A DNA stretch of 64,000 bases from a bacterium (lineage in GTDB: Bacteria; Patescibacteriota; Patescibacteriia; Patescibacteriales; GWE2-39-37): NCBI GenBank assembly GCA_037146995.1, contig JBAWWA010000005.1, positions 2,978 to 66,977 of the forward strand. The letters run 5' to 3'. Both the position numbers and the translations under genes were made by a program. The notes beneath the pieces were generated by a model. The model ran no database searches. It was not told the origin of the DNA and saw only the letters and a program-made list of their open reading frames with translations. Positions 10,373 to 19,214 of this stretch are shown one piece after another; position 1 is the first letter of the stretch; the number at the start of each line of letters is the position of its first letter.

Positions 10373-10653
10373 ACAATTATCACATCAACTAGATTAAGGC
10401 TCTCGATTGCAAAGTCGGCCAAATTGATGATCAATAATGAAAACATCAAAGCACCGAATGCCCTTTGAAATAACTCCACCCGACCTTTAAACCTTTGCAG
10501 GCCTGTCTTTGGCCTGAGGTAACTGTTACTAATCACCTCCTGCACTTGATCGACTGTTAAATAATGCTCTTTGCCACAGTCATGACACTCACCGAGAAAA
10601 ATTTTCCCGCCATAGGCATAACGGCCCAAGGCTTTGTGGTTTGCTTTGTTCAT
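10369..10653 (-). CDS. Hypothetical protein with a C-terminal TM helix, translationally coupled to the integrase
   Basis: 4-nt overlap with the int start. Contains a CHDCGKEH motif and the hydrophobic stretch ALMFSLLIINLADFAI. Confidence 0.5.
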   Translation of the reverse strand: MNKANHKALGRYAYGGKIFLGECHDCGKEHYLTVDQVQEVISNSYLRPKTGLQRFKGRVELFQRAFGALMFSLLIINLADFAIESLNLVDVIIV

Positions 10654-10908
10654 AACACCTTTTAGCCAAGCAACAAAATAACACTAATATATTATTAATG
10701 TTGCCCGTGCTATAATTAAATCAACCTAAATGAAGAGTGCATTCTCTTTTTTAGGCGAGAAAAGGCGGACTTTTAGCCGTCTTTTCGGTTAATAAAAACT
10801 TATCCGGGGTAGATAGTAACGCTTCCCACGGATAAGTCAAATTAATGCCCTTAATTTGACATTAACTTGCCAATATAGCACATTATGGGCATAATTCCAG
10901 CAAAACCC

Positions 10909-10959
10909 TTGACAAATAGGCACTTTTGTGATAGCGTAAAATATTCAGAATCACTGAAT
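10909..10959 (+). promoter_or_regulatory. Putative promoter plus operator-like palindrome for the two plus-strand genes
   Basis: TTGACA (10909-10914), then a 17-nt spacer, then an extended -10 TGaTAGCGT (10929-10937). This is followed by the palindrome ATTCAG-aatca-CTGAAT (10943-10959). Confidence 0.35.
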
Positions 10960-10995
10960 TGAACCTTAAAAACAACTACTCGGGAGGATACAAAA

Positions 10996-11469
10996 ATGAA
11001 TATTTTAATTGTCGGCAATGATTATCATGAACTGGTCAAAATTGCTCGAGAAGCCGAAACGACTAGCAACAAATTCTTTTTTGCCCACACCTACAATGAT
11101 GCAGTAAGTATTCTTGGGTGGATCAAATCTGAACATATCAATCCTGAAAAAATTGATGGCATTATCACCTACCTAAACTTTCGCAGATTCAATGAGTCGG
11201 ATTTTGCTAGCGGTAATTTACCATTTGGACTTGTTATGATGTTTGAAGCCAGGACAAATAATATACCTTGCGTATTGTGTGTCGATATTGATCCCAACAA
11301 CAACGATGGCTGGGAATACAGACTAACAAAAAGCATGCTAAGCTCCAACATTATCAAAGAAGATAATCTCGCCTGCGATGGTGAGTCAACAACGGCAATT
11401 GATAAAATGGCGAAGTTGCTAATAATCAATCAATTGCGCGCGGATCTAAATGAACCGATACAAGGCTAA
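10996..11469 (+). CDS. Hypothetical protein (157 aa)
   Basis: Preceded by a strong GGAGG Shine-Dalgarno sequence (10984-10988). No recognisable motif beyond a Rossmann/receiver-like MNILIVGND start. Confidence 0.6.
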   Translation: MNILIVGNDYHELVKIAREAETTSNKFFFAHTYNDAVSILGWIKSEHINPEKIDGIITYLNFRRFNESDFASGNLPFGLVMMFEARTNNIPCVLCVDIDPNNNDGWEYRLTKSMLSSNIIKEDNLACDGESTTAIDKMAKLLIINQLRADLNEPIQG

Positions 11470-11507
11470 CTACGAAAAAACCTCGAACTAAAAAAGGAGT
11501 AACTGTT

Positions 11508-11747
11508 ATGAACGTAGATACAAAAGAAACTCCGTTCTTTGTTTGTCCGACTGGTTGTGAAAAAACTACTTTCTATCAGGATGGCACACTTGAGGTTACA
11601 AGACATTTTTCAAGTGAAGGTGAAAAACTGGAAAGCAGTGATAATGAATATGGCTTCACTCCTAAAACTGAAATGAAATGCCGCAGATGTGATGCCGTGG
11701 CTGTCAAAAAGATTAAAAGAGTGACTATCACAACAGTCATCGAATAG
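11508..11747 (+). CDS. Small zinc-ribbon-like protein (79 aa)
   Basis: CPTGC...CRRCD cysteine pairs, with AGGAG 8 nt upstream of the ATG. Confidence 0.55.
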   Translation: MNVDTKETPFFVCPTGCEKTTFYQDGTLEVTRHFSSEGEKLESSDNEYGFTPKTEMKCRRCDAVAVKKIKRVTITTVIE

Positions 11748-11784
11748 ACAAATAACACCCCGCCAATCAAGGTCGTCTAAACTA

Positions 11785-11816
11785 AAAACCTCGAACTAAA
11801 AATTCGAGGTTTTATT
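11785..11816 (+). terminator. Rho-independent (bidirectional) terminator
   Basis: Stem aaaaCCTCGAA / TTCGAGGtttt with a 7-nt loop and flanking A and T runs, between convergent genes. Confidence 0.65.
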
Positions 11817-11833
11817 ATATCTAACTATTTTAT

Positions 11834-12112
11834 TTACTTCTGAAACTTCTTCTGACAATCAATGGCAATTTTTATGCACTCCTCCGGATCATAACCCAAG
11901 TCATCGCACCAACGAATTGTGGAAAATATTATATTGCCTAGCTCCTTTTTTAATTCCTCATCTGTATGCGTATTTGTATCCTTGATCGCATCTCGCTCCC
12001 AGCGACAAAGGTCACCAAAGACCTTGCCCATACGAACAATAATTTGGCTTAAACTTAATTTTTGGCCCGACCAGATTTCTTGACTTTGTTGTAATAGATT
12101 TTTTATTTCCAT
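11834..12112 (-). CDS. MazG-like all-alpha NTP pyrophosphohydrolase family protein
   Basis: 92 aa. The pattern ...GKVFGDLCRWERD...KELGNIIFSTIRWCDDLGYDPEECI resembles the small MazG-like family common in phages. Confidence 0.5.
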   Translation of the reverse strand: MEIKNLLQQSQEIWSGQKLSLSQIIVRMGKVFGDLCRWERDAIKDTNTHTDEELKKELGNIIFSTIRWCDDLGYDPEECIKIAIDCQKKFQK

Positions 12113-12257
12113 AGAATTATTTTAAACTTTTATATCACCAATTTTTTTACTAATTTAATTCCTGTCAAAATATAGTGATCAAAAATCTTCCTTTTAATAA
12201 ATACATTTTTTAAGCCTTTTTGTAAATCAAAATTTTTAGCCAAATCTTGTATTTTTT

Positions 12258-12296
12258 CTAATCTTTTTTAAATTGTAGGCAATTTTTATTTGACAT
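12258..12296 (-). pseudogene. Truncated relic of a 14th NCPQLK-family gene
   Basis: ATG TCA AAT AAA AAT TGC CTA CAA TTT AAA AAA GAT TAG encodes MSNKNCLQFKKD*. It lies 7 nt after the stop of the previous array gene, the same spacing and signature as the intact copies. Confidence 0.6.
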
Positions 12297-12303
12297 AAAA
12301 ATT

Positions 12304-13263
12304 TTACTTTGAAAAATCAACAATAAATCTAAACGCACGATCATTAGTGGCATCAAATGAGTCATCAGACTTGAATTGACACGGACTTATGTCACCCAAA
12401 TGATTAAAGTTTGCAATTGACCGTCCTCCTCTCAGCCGATATCCATCCAGCGTTTCATCGGAAAATAATTCCTCACTATCACTAAGTCCCCAATGACTGT
12501 AATGCATGTTGCCTAAAACATTAAATTCAATAGCTCGCAGTAATCTAACCTGTTCAGCTCTTACCTTTAACTTTTCAGCAACAGCTGAGACAAAATCACT
12601 ATTATTAAATACTGCTCCTTCGATATTAAATCTACTGCCAGCATCTTGCTCCTTGCCACTAATTGCTCCGTTAGCTCGATAATACTTAATAATATCAGAC
12701 AAATAGTCATTCTTGAATTCTCCTGCGTGATTATTGTAAGTATCACAACCTGGACGCTCACGCTTATCAACCAGCAACCATGAACCTTTTAAAGTAGCTG
12801 AATCATGCTGAATGTGCGGCCCCTTAGTTTTAAAAATTCCCAGTTTAGCATAATTCATCATTTGGTAGAACTCTTTATATGGTCGAAATTTCCAAGCAGC
12901 AAGCTTCGCCTTCTCCGTCATTTCAATTGACGGTAAATACCGTAACTCCATTTCCATTTTTTCCCAATGCTGGATATTCTCCAATGTAGCCTCAGCAGGT
13001 AATTCTGGCACATCAATATTTTTACCAAAAAATTTACTAAGATCTTTACATTCTCTATTTTTTAGCAATTCAATTTTTAATTCTTTACGTTTTTCAATAA
13101 CACTTACTCTCAATTTAGAAATATTAGCCATGTTTCTATCGAAATTTAAGGCATCATTACTTTGAGCGCTTGACGCAATGTTGACCTGTTTAGCAACAAT
13201 GAAAAATTGCTCTTTTAGAGAGCCAATAAATATTTTATGTTGCTTACAGCTTATATTTATCAT
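12304..13263 (-). CDS. NCPQLK-family protein, subfamily A (divergent N-terminus MINISCKQHK; FGE/CLec-like C-terminal tail)
   Basis: Shares FFGKNIDVPELP, ELRYLP, GSWLLVD, RAIEFNVLGNMHYSHW, YRLRGG and FRFIV with the other A members. Confidence 0.8.
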   Translation of the reverse strand: MINISCKQHKIFIGSLKEQFFIVAKQVNIASSAQSNDALNFDRNMANISKLRVSVIEKRKELKIELLKNRECKDLSKFFGKNIDVPELPAEATLENIQHWEKMEMELRYLPSIEMTEKAKLAAWKFRPYKEFYQMMNYAKLGIFKTKGPHIQHDSATLKGSWLLVDKRERPGCDTYNNHAGEFKNDYLSDIIKYYRANGAISGKEQDAGSRFNIEGAVFNNSDFVSAVAEKLKVRAEQVRLLRAIEFNVLGNMHYSHWGLSDSEELFSDETLDGYRLRGGRSIANFNHLGDISPCQFKSDDSFDATNDRAFRFIVDFSK

Positions 13264-13271
13264 AACAATTA

Positions 13272-14201
13272 CTACTGATTAAGCCTAATCATAACCCTAA
13301 AACCAACGCCAGTCGATCTGTCACTAGCGGAGAATGAATCCACCTGATCAATATCCCGTGTTGCACCGAAAACAAATTTAAATGTTTTTCCGTCTTGACC
13401 ACGATCAGAGCAATGTTCGCTTGAATTTGCCTGACCCAACTGAGGATAATACATATTTGCTAAAACATTAAATTCAATTGCCCTTGGATAATCAATGCAT
13501 TCGGGGCTTACAGCAAATATTGACGCAAATTCTTTTTTAGTTCTTTCGTCTTCAAGCTCGTCTAAAGTTATGCTACACCTTGATTCTTTCTTAATTTTTC
13601 CGGTTTTTGATGACTCGGCTATCGCAGCCTCATCTACAACACCCTTGGATTTAAGTCCAGAAATTATAGCAGCTAGTAGGTCATCTTCATATTCCTGAGT
13701 TTCACCCATACTAATACGCCATGGCTTCTTGATATTTTCAATTAAAAACCAACCTGATTTTAACTGAGTAATATCTTTGGGAAATGTTCCTTTATTTATC
13801 ATGTCCCACATTCCAAATGCCCCACTATGTGGCTTTTTCCTCCAACCCGGATACTTAGCGCTCTTGTTCATGTTTATCTCTGGTAAGTAATGAAGATCTA
13901 GACCGAGCTGCTTCCATTGTTCGAGTTTATCTTGTGTTATTTCTTTAGGTAAAAATGACACCTCAATTTTTTCACCAAAAAATTTTTCCAGGGCCATTGC
14001 CTCTCCTTTTCTAATTTCAAAACCAAATGGCAATAACTCTCGAAGATCAGTAATTAGAAACTCAAGAAACATCATCTTACCGTTTATTTTATCGGCATGA
14101 TCACACGTGCTGGCCGTCTGAATAGATTCATTAATATCATCAATTCTGAACTTTAATTCGTCAAGTTGTTTTTTTAATTGTGGGCAATTTAGATTTCGCA
14201 T
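13272..14201 (-). CDS. NCPQLK-family protein, subfamily A
   Basis: MRNLNCPQLKKQL start, with FFGEKIEV, DLHYLP, SGWFLIE, PRAIEFNVLANMYY and a GFRVMIRL end. Confidence 0.85.
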   Translation of the reverse strand: MRNLNCPQLKKQLDELKFRIDDINESIQTASTCDHADKINGKMMFLEFLITDLRELLPFGFEIRKGEAMALEKFFGEKIEVSFLPKEITQDKLEQWKQLGLDLHYLPEINMNKSAKYPGWRKKPHSGAFGMWDMINKGTFPKDITQLKSGWFLIENIKKPWRISMGETQEYEDDLLAAIISGLKSKGVVDEAAIAESSKTGKIKKESRCSITLDELEDERTKKEFASIFAVSPECIDYPRAIEFNVLANMYYPQLGQANSSEHCSDRGQDGKTFKFVFGATRDIDQVDSFSASDRSTGVGFRVMIRLNQ

Positions 14202-14210
14202 AATTTCAAT

Positions 14211-14885
14211 CTATTTCTCATTTTCTATATCTGGAATTACAAAGATATATTTCTGCTCCCAGTCTTGACTAGGTAGCACAGCTAACGTTTGTCGATAACC
14301 ACCCAGGGAGGAATATCGACGATTTGTTAAACAAAACACATACTTTTGACTACCATAAGCTATTGGCTCCATCGCTACAGCGAACCTTTCACCTTCTGCT
14401 AAATGTAAATCCTCTCGCCCTAAATACAATGCTGTTTCGGTCTGACAAAGATCAAATCCGATATCCATAGCTTTTTTATTAACCTCATTGAGATTACTCA
14501 AGTAATCTACACCAAGCGTTTTATAGTCAATAAATGCTATTCTTATTTTTTTTGGAGTATCTGACAGAATGCAATTTATACTCCTAACTACTCCAATCCT
14601 AGTGCTTTCAGCGGGTCCTATAATTTCAGATTCAAGCTTGTTTTTATCAAGAGTGCCACCAATTAACAACTCCTTGGTCTGTATTTGCTCTTTAATTAAA
14701 AATTTTTCAAGACTAACATGTCGCTTAAATTCAAGAACAATATCAAGCAGCTCCTGTGATAAATCTTCAATCTCAGCGAAGTTTTTTCCAGTATCAATAT
14801 TTGCAATATGCTCACCCATAATTAATACTTGCTCTTTAAGGTATTCTAATTTGTATTTTAGCTGTGGGCAATTATTATTGTTCAT
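14211..14885 (-). CDS. NCPQLK-family protein, subfamily B
   Basis: MNNNNCPQLKYKL start. The C-terminal half (IRIAFIDYKTLGVDY...AMDIGFDLCQTE) is homologous only to the next gene. Confidence 0.85.
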   Translation of the reverse strand: MNNNNCPQLKYKLEYLKEQVLIMGEHIANIDTGKNFAEIEDLSQELLDIVLEFKRHVSLEKFLIKEQIQTKELLIGGTLDKNKLESEIIGPAESTRIGVVRSINCILSDTPKKIRIAFIDYKTLGVDYLSNLNEVNKKAMDIGFDLCQTETALYLGREDLHLAEGERFAVAMEPIAYGSQKYVFCLTNRRYSSLGGYRQTLAVLPSQDWEQKYIFVIPDIENEK

Positions 14886-14887
14886 CT

Positions 14888-15595
14888 TTAAACTTTAAAT
14901 ATATATTCGCCAAAATTTGCCTGAGACTTGTAAGATTTTGCACTAATCAATGGATTAACCTCCTCAACTCTAATAAATATCATATTATTGTCCCTGACAT
15001 CAGTGATTGGATCCACAGGAAAATTATACATACCCTGCTTTGCATTTTTTTGACTAGCGAACTGTTCAATAAAAGATACAATGGACTGTGCCGGACAAAG
15101 TTCGAAGCCCATACTCTGAGCCCTTTTTACCAGCTCTACTGACGTTGCACCGTCTTCCAGACCGATTTCATGTGCATCAACACAAACTAACCTTAATTTA
15201 TTTGGACATGTCTCGCTCAAATCAAATCCTATCTGTTCGCGCGTTTTATGAAAGAGCGCAATATTCAATAGTGTGTCTGCGGCCGTTTTATCCATTTCAA
15301 GACCGAAGTTTTTCAATTTAGCAATAGTGCCCTTGTTGGCCAGACAAGAAGGATCTACATTAACCTCCACTAGACCAAACTTTTTAAATAGCTCGTCCTT
15401 GCGTAGTTGCACAAGATTTATTTTTAACTCACCTACCAAATCCTCTAATTTAGCCAACTTATCAAGCATAAAACCAATTTCGTTAGGTTTACAACTACCA
15501 TCTTTAAGTATTTTAACCTCTGTATTCAGCAAATTTTTCTTTGCGATAATATTTACTAGCTGTTTTTTTAGTTGTGGGCAATTCAAATTAGACAT
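14888..15595 (-). CDS. NCPQLK-family protein, subfamily B
   Basis: MSNLNCPQLKKQL start. C-terminal half is LRLVCVDAHEIGLED...AQSMGFELCPAQ. Confidence 0.85.
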   Translation of the reverse strand: MSNLNCPQLKKQLVNIIAKKNLLNTEVKILKDGSCKPNEIGFMLDKLAKLEDLVGELKINLVQLRKDELFKKFGLVEVNVDPSCLANKGTIAKLKNFGLEMDKTAADTLLNIALFHKTREQIGFDLSETCPNKLRLVCVDAHEIGLEDGATSVELVKRAQSMGFELCPAQSIVSFIEQFASQKNAKQGMYNFPVDPITDVRDNNMIFIRVEEVNPLISAKSYKSQANFGEYIFKV

Positions 15596-15598
15596 AAA

Positions 15599-16513
15599 TT
15601 ATTTATCAATACGAACAACCAGACGAAAACCAATATTCTGACTTCTGTACTCGCTGTTAAAATGTCCAATACCGGAGAAGCCATTTTTTGTAGAGCTGCC
15701 AGAGCAGATCGTTGAGCCCAGACTAGCAAAATCATTGTTTAACCATTCCATAGTGCTGGTCTTGCTCCACTCAGGATGATGTATATTACCTAAAAAGTAA
15801 TACTCTGGTAATCTTGGCAAGCCAACTTGAGTCCACTCTACATTTAACAAGTCAGCAAATGCTTGTTTAACACCAATTTTACTCTCTAGTTCTATTGGCG
15901 TTTGTCCATACCTTGATGACTGACTGATCTGCATTTTTTTGTCAGATGCTTGTTGCTTTGAGGCCTTAACTTTTGGCTCGGCCTCAAGTAACCCCATAGC
16001 CTTTAACTTAACAATTACTGGAGCCAAGCTATCATTATTATACTCAGTAACCGGCTCACTTATTTCCGGCTTTGGGCAAGTATCAACTAATATCCAACAG
16101 CCATTTAGCTCGAATTTTGAAAAAAATCCAAGTGATGCACCAAATTGATATAAACTATTTTTTAAATTATTATCAAAATCTTCAAAGCTCGTCTTAGGCA
16201 AGCAATGAAGTTTAAAACCCAGTCTTTCCCAGTTTCTTATTTTTTCATGAGTAACTGACTTCGGAAATTCTGGCAACTCAACTTCACGTTTGAAAAAACG
16301 GCCTATCTTTTGTCTCTCTCTTTTTTGCAACATCAAACCAACCGGCAGCAGTTCTTCAAGCTTAATCATTAAAGATGAGAGCATGTTTATCATCTTATCT
16401 AAATCAGATAAACCTTGTTTATCAACATCAACAATCATCAACTCTATATCGGCCTGAATTTTATCAATTTCTTGAAGCTGTTTTTTTAGTTGTGGGCAGT
16501 TTATATTTTGCAT
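15599..16513 (-). CDS. NCPQLK-family protein, subfamily A
   Basis: MQNINCPQLKKQL start, with KLHCLP, GCWILVD, LGNIHHPEW and a GFRLVVRIDK end. Confidence 0.85.
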   Translation of the reverse strand: MQNINCPQLKKQLQEIDKIQADIELMIVDVDKQGLSDLDKMINMLSSLMIKLEELLPVGLMLQKRERQKIGRFFKREVELPEFPKSVTHEKIRNWERLGFKLHCLPKTSFEDFDNNLKNSLYQFGASLGFFSKFELNGCWILVDTCPKPEISEPVTEYNNDSLAPVIVKLKAMGLLEAEPKVKASKQQASDKKMQISQSSRYGQTPIELESKIGVKQAFADLLNVEWTQVGLPRLPEYYFLGNIHHPEWSKTSTMEWLNNDFASLGSTICSGSSTKNGFSGIGHFNSEYRSQNIGFRLVVRIDK

Positions 16514-16515
16514 AA

Positions 16516-17391
16516 CTATTTATTTTCATTCAATCTGGCCATTAATCTAAAGCCGGTATTATCTGAGCTTCGTTCGAAACCAGTTAGGCCAACAGACGAT
16601 AGATTGTTATCACCAACCCAGCCCGCCACAAGATTTTTCACAATTAATTGGCTATCAGCCAGCCATTCATTACATTCCGTATCGCCCCATTCTGGATGAT
16701 GCATATTTCCCAAAACACTATATTCTATCGCTCTAGGCAACCCCAAGCTTTCAACTGGCACGTTAATTACATACGCCAGTTCATTTAAAATACTCTGGCT
16801 CTTTAGTTCCCGAGCTGTAATATTAAATCTTGAACCACCCTTATCAATACTTTTGATTGCAAAAATGCTTCGCAAATATGCCAAGACGTCACCAAGTAAG
16901 TCATCAACGTAACCATCTCTAGATTTTTTAATTCCTTCAATAAGTATCCACCCAGCCTTAAGTCTTGTTGAGTTTGCTGGTAAAGTGCCGTCGGCAACTA
17001 AATCATAAAAACTTTTATCAAGCTTATTTTGCCAGCCAGGACAACCAACATCTTTTGACATATCCACATCTGGTAAGTAATGAAGCTCCATGCCAAGTTC
17101 TTGCCATTCCATATACTGCTCGGGCGTAACAGTTGCTGGCACATGCAGCACCTTAATTTTATTACCAAAGAATTTTTCCAAGGCAACTGCCTCTTGCCTA
17201 ATTATCTTTCGGTCAAACAATAACGCATCAAAGGTAAGTATCGCATTGGTCAACTCCTCTAATTTATCATTTATATATTCAATTTTTACGTCCTTGTGGC
17301 TAGGAACCTGCAATAACTCAACAACACCGTTTTCAAGCGCTTTTAGTGTGGCTAAATTATTTTTCAGACTCGGACAGTTAATATTTGACAT
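16516..17391 (-). CDS. NCPQLK-family protein, subfamily A
   Basis: MSNINCPSLKNNL start, with FFGNKIKV, ELHYLP, AGWILIE, PRAIEYSVLGNMHHPEWG and a GFRLMARL end. Confidence 0.85.
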   Translation of the reverse strand: MSNINCPSLKNNLATLKALENGVVELLQVPSHKDVKIEYINDKLEELTNAILTFDALLFDRKIIRQEAVALEKFFGNKIKVLHVPATVTPEQYMEWQELGMELHYLPDVDMSKDVGCPGWQNKLDKSFYDLVADGTLPANSTRLKAGWILIEGIKKSRDGYVDDLLGDVLAYLRSIFAIKSIDKGGSRFNITARELKSQSILNELAYVINVPVESLGLPRAIEYSVLGNMHHPEWGDTECNEWLADSQLIVKNLVAGWVGDNNLSSVGLTGFERSSDNTGFRLMARLNENK

Positions 17392-17400
17392 TCAATATAT

Positions 17401-18039
17401 TTATTTAGGCCAGGTTTTTACCCAACTCTTGCCTTGTTCATTAAATCCAAAGATCATCTGGTTCTCCATGTTACCATCCACAAGGACACCACGATTTATC
17501 TCCGTATCTCTTTGCATGCTTGCCTCACCTCTAACATCAATACTCCCAGATTTAAGCATAAATGCATATGACAGACCGTCGGTGACCTCACCGGTATTTT
17601 CGTATTCACTAAAATCTTTTATATCGCCCTCACTAGCCATTAACATTAATAAATTCCCTTGCTGATCAATAATTTCAGACACCAATTTCAACTTGGCAAA
17701 ATCATCACCCAATTCTGCAGTAAACTTCTTAAATAAATCAACAATTTCCTGTCGACTAAAAATAACCTTGCCGAGCATTTGCGAAGTTACGAACTGACTA
17801 ACAAAATGCTCACTTTTTGGCATCAAGTCATCCAAGCCACGCTCTTTTTTAATATTTCGCACAATATCCTTCACACAATAAAGCTGAGCGATCGCAAATC
17901 GCTCTTTTTGTATTCCCTGATCCAAATCATGAATATCAACTGCCTGATCAACATCCTTAATACTCTCGCCAAAATCAACTAAAGCTTGGGCTAGTTTTTG
18001 AAATTCATTTTTTAGTTGTGGGCAGTTTGGATTATTCAT
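17401..18039 (-). CDS. NCPQLK-family protein, unique C-terminal module (212 aa)
   Basis: MNNPNCPQLKNEF start. The remainder is unlike any other copy. Its start (ATGAATAA) overlaps the upstream stop. Confidence 0.8.
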   Translation of the reverse strand: MNNPNCPQLKNEFQKLAQALVDFGESIKDVDQAVDIHDLDQGIQKERFAIAQLYCVKDIVRNIKKERGLDDLMPKSEHFVSQFVTSQMLGKVIFSRQEIVDLFKKFTAELGDDFAKLKLVSEIIDQQGNLLMLMASEGDIKDFSEYENTGEVTDGLSYAFMLKSGSIDVRGEASMQRDTEINRGVLVDGNMENQMIFGFNEQGKSWVKTWPK

Positions 18040-19198
18040 AATTTATATCAAAAACCTTTTCACCTTTTTTATTTATATAGTAAGACGCGCCACCTTTACT
18101 AACAAACGCAATATCACCAACGAAGGGATTCGTTTTACTGAAAGAATCTTTTATTGCTAATTCGCCACTCTTATTGATATACCCCCACCTACCGTTTATC
18201 ATTATCGAAGCAAGGCCTTCATAAAAATCAGATACTACATTAAATGAATTTCCATAAAAATTTTGACCACTTTTAAAAATAATATTTTCACCCCTATCTA
18301 TTGCAATTATCTCTTCGTTAACAACTGCCCAAGCAATACCATCACTAAACTGTCGTAAAAATTGGTATTTTTTATTTGATACTTTTTCTCCATCAAGACC
18401 TACAAAATAGCAAGAATCTTTTTCTTTAATGACCGCCAACCCATCTTTAAAATCTGAAACAGCTTCACCATACATTTCATATAGCTCGTCTCCTGTATTG
18501 TCAATTAAGATCGTATCATCGCCAAATTTAACAAACGCTCTTTCATTATGAAACTCACCAGCTTCATCATATTCACCAAAAACCTTTTCACCCTTACTAT
18601 TTATATAAAAACAATCATTGTCCTGTTTGACCGAGCAAAACCCCTCACTAAATCGCCCAACATCGTCATAGCATTCATCGTTCAAACTACCTCCATCTTT
18701 AGTCACAAAATTATATCCAGTTCCAAGATTCCAATGTGCAACACCTTCATAAAAATCACTAACATCTTGATAGCCAGATCCAATTTCCTCACCATTTTCA
18801 TCTATCCAAGTCCAATCGCCATACATGCTTACCCTGGCCATGCCTTCGTGAAAATCACAAACCTCATCATAGTCAACTCCAATTTTTTGCCCTGACTTAT
18901 CGATAAAAAATTGTCTATCACCCTGAATTACTTTTGCACGATCATCAATAAATCTACCAACAAAATTATAATTAAATTTCTCGGCTAGTTTAAGCCTATA
19001 CTTTAAACCAAAAAACGCCTCATTTGTTTTGATCAGTTCTATTTGATTTTGAAGATCATCAATAACTGCTGAAAAATTTTCCAATTCACCAATATTTGTA
19101 GCTTCGTGAATATGACTAACAAAATTATGTGCCTTATCTTCCAAGGCTTTTATTGCACTTAAACTCATTCTAAGTTGTGGACAGTATAAATTGTTCAT
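18032..19198 (-). CDS. NCPQLK-family protein with C-terminal WG (KWG-type) beta-repeats
   Basis: MNNLYCPQLRMSL start, followed by about 8 repeats of F-x-(E/D)G-x-A-x-V...(W/Y)-x-(Y/F)-I-(N/D)-x-x-G-E, e.g. FYEGLASIMINGRWGYINKSGE. Confidence 0.85.
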   Translation of the reverse strand: MNNLYCPQLRMSLSAIKALEDKAHNFVSHIHEATNIGELENFSAVIDDLQNQIELIKTNEAFFGLKYRLKLAEKFNYNFVGRFIDDRAKVIQGDRQFFIDKSGQKIGVDYDEVCDFHEGMARVSMYGDWTWIDENGEEIGSGYQDVSDFYEGVAHWNLGTGYNFVTKDGGSLNDECYDDVGRFSEGFCSVKQDNDCFYINSKGEKVFGEYDEAGEFHNERAFVKFGDDTILIDNTGDELYEMYGEAVSDFKDGLAVIKEKDSCYFVGLDGEKVSNKKYQFLRQFSDGIAWAVVNEEIIAIDRGENIIFKSGQNFYGNSFNVVSDFYEGLASIMINGRWGYINKSGELAIKDSFSKTNPFVGDIAFVSKGGASYYINKKGEKVFDINYE

Positions 19199-19214
19199 AA
19201 TTTTATATAAATTT

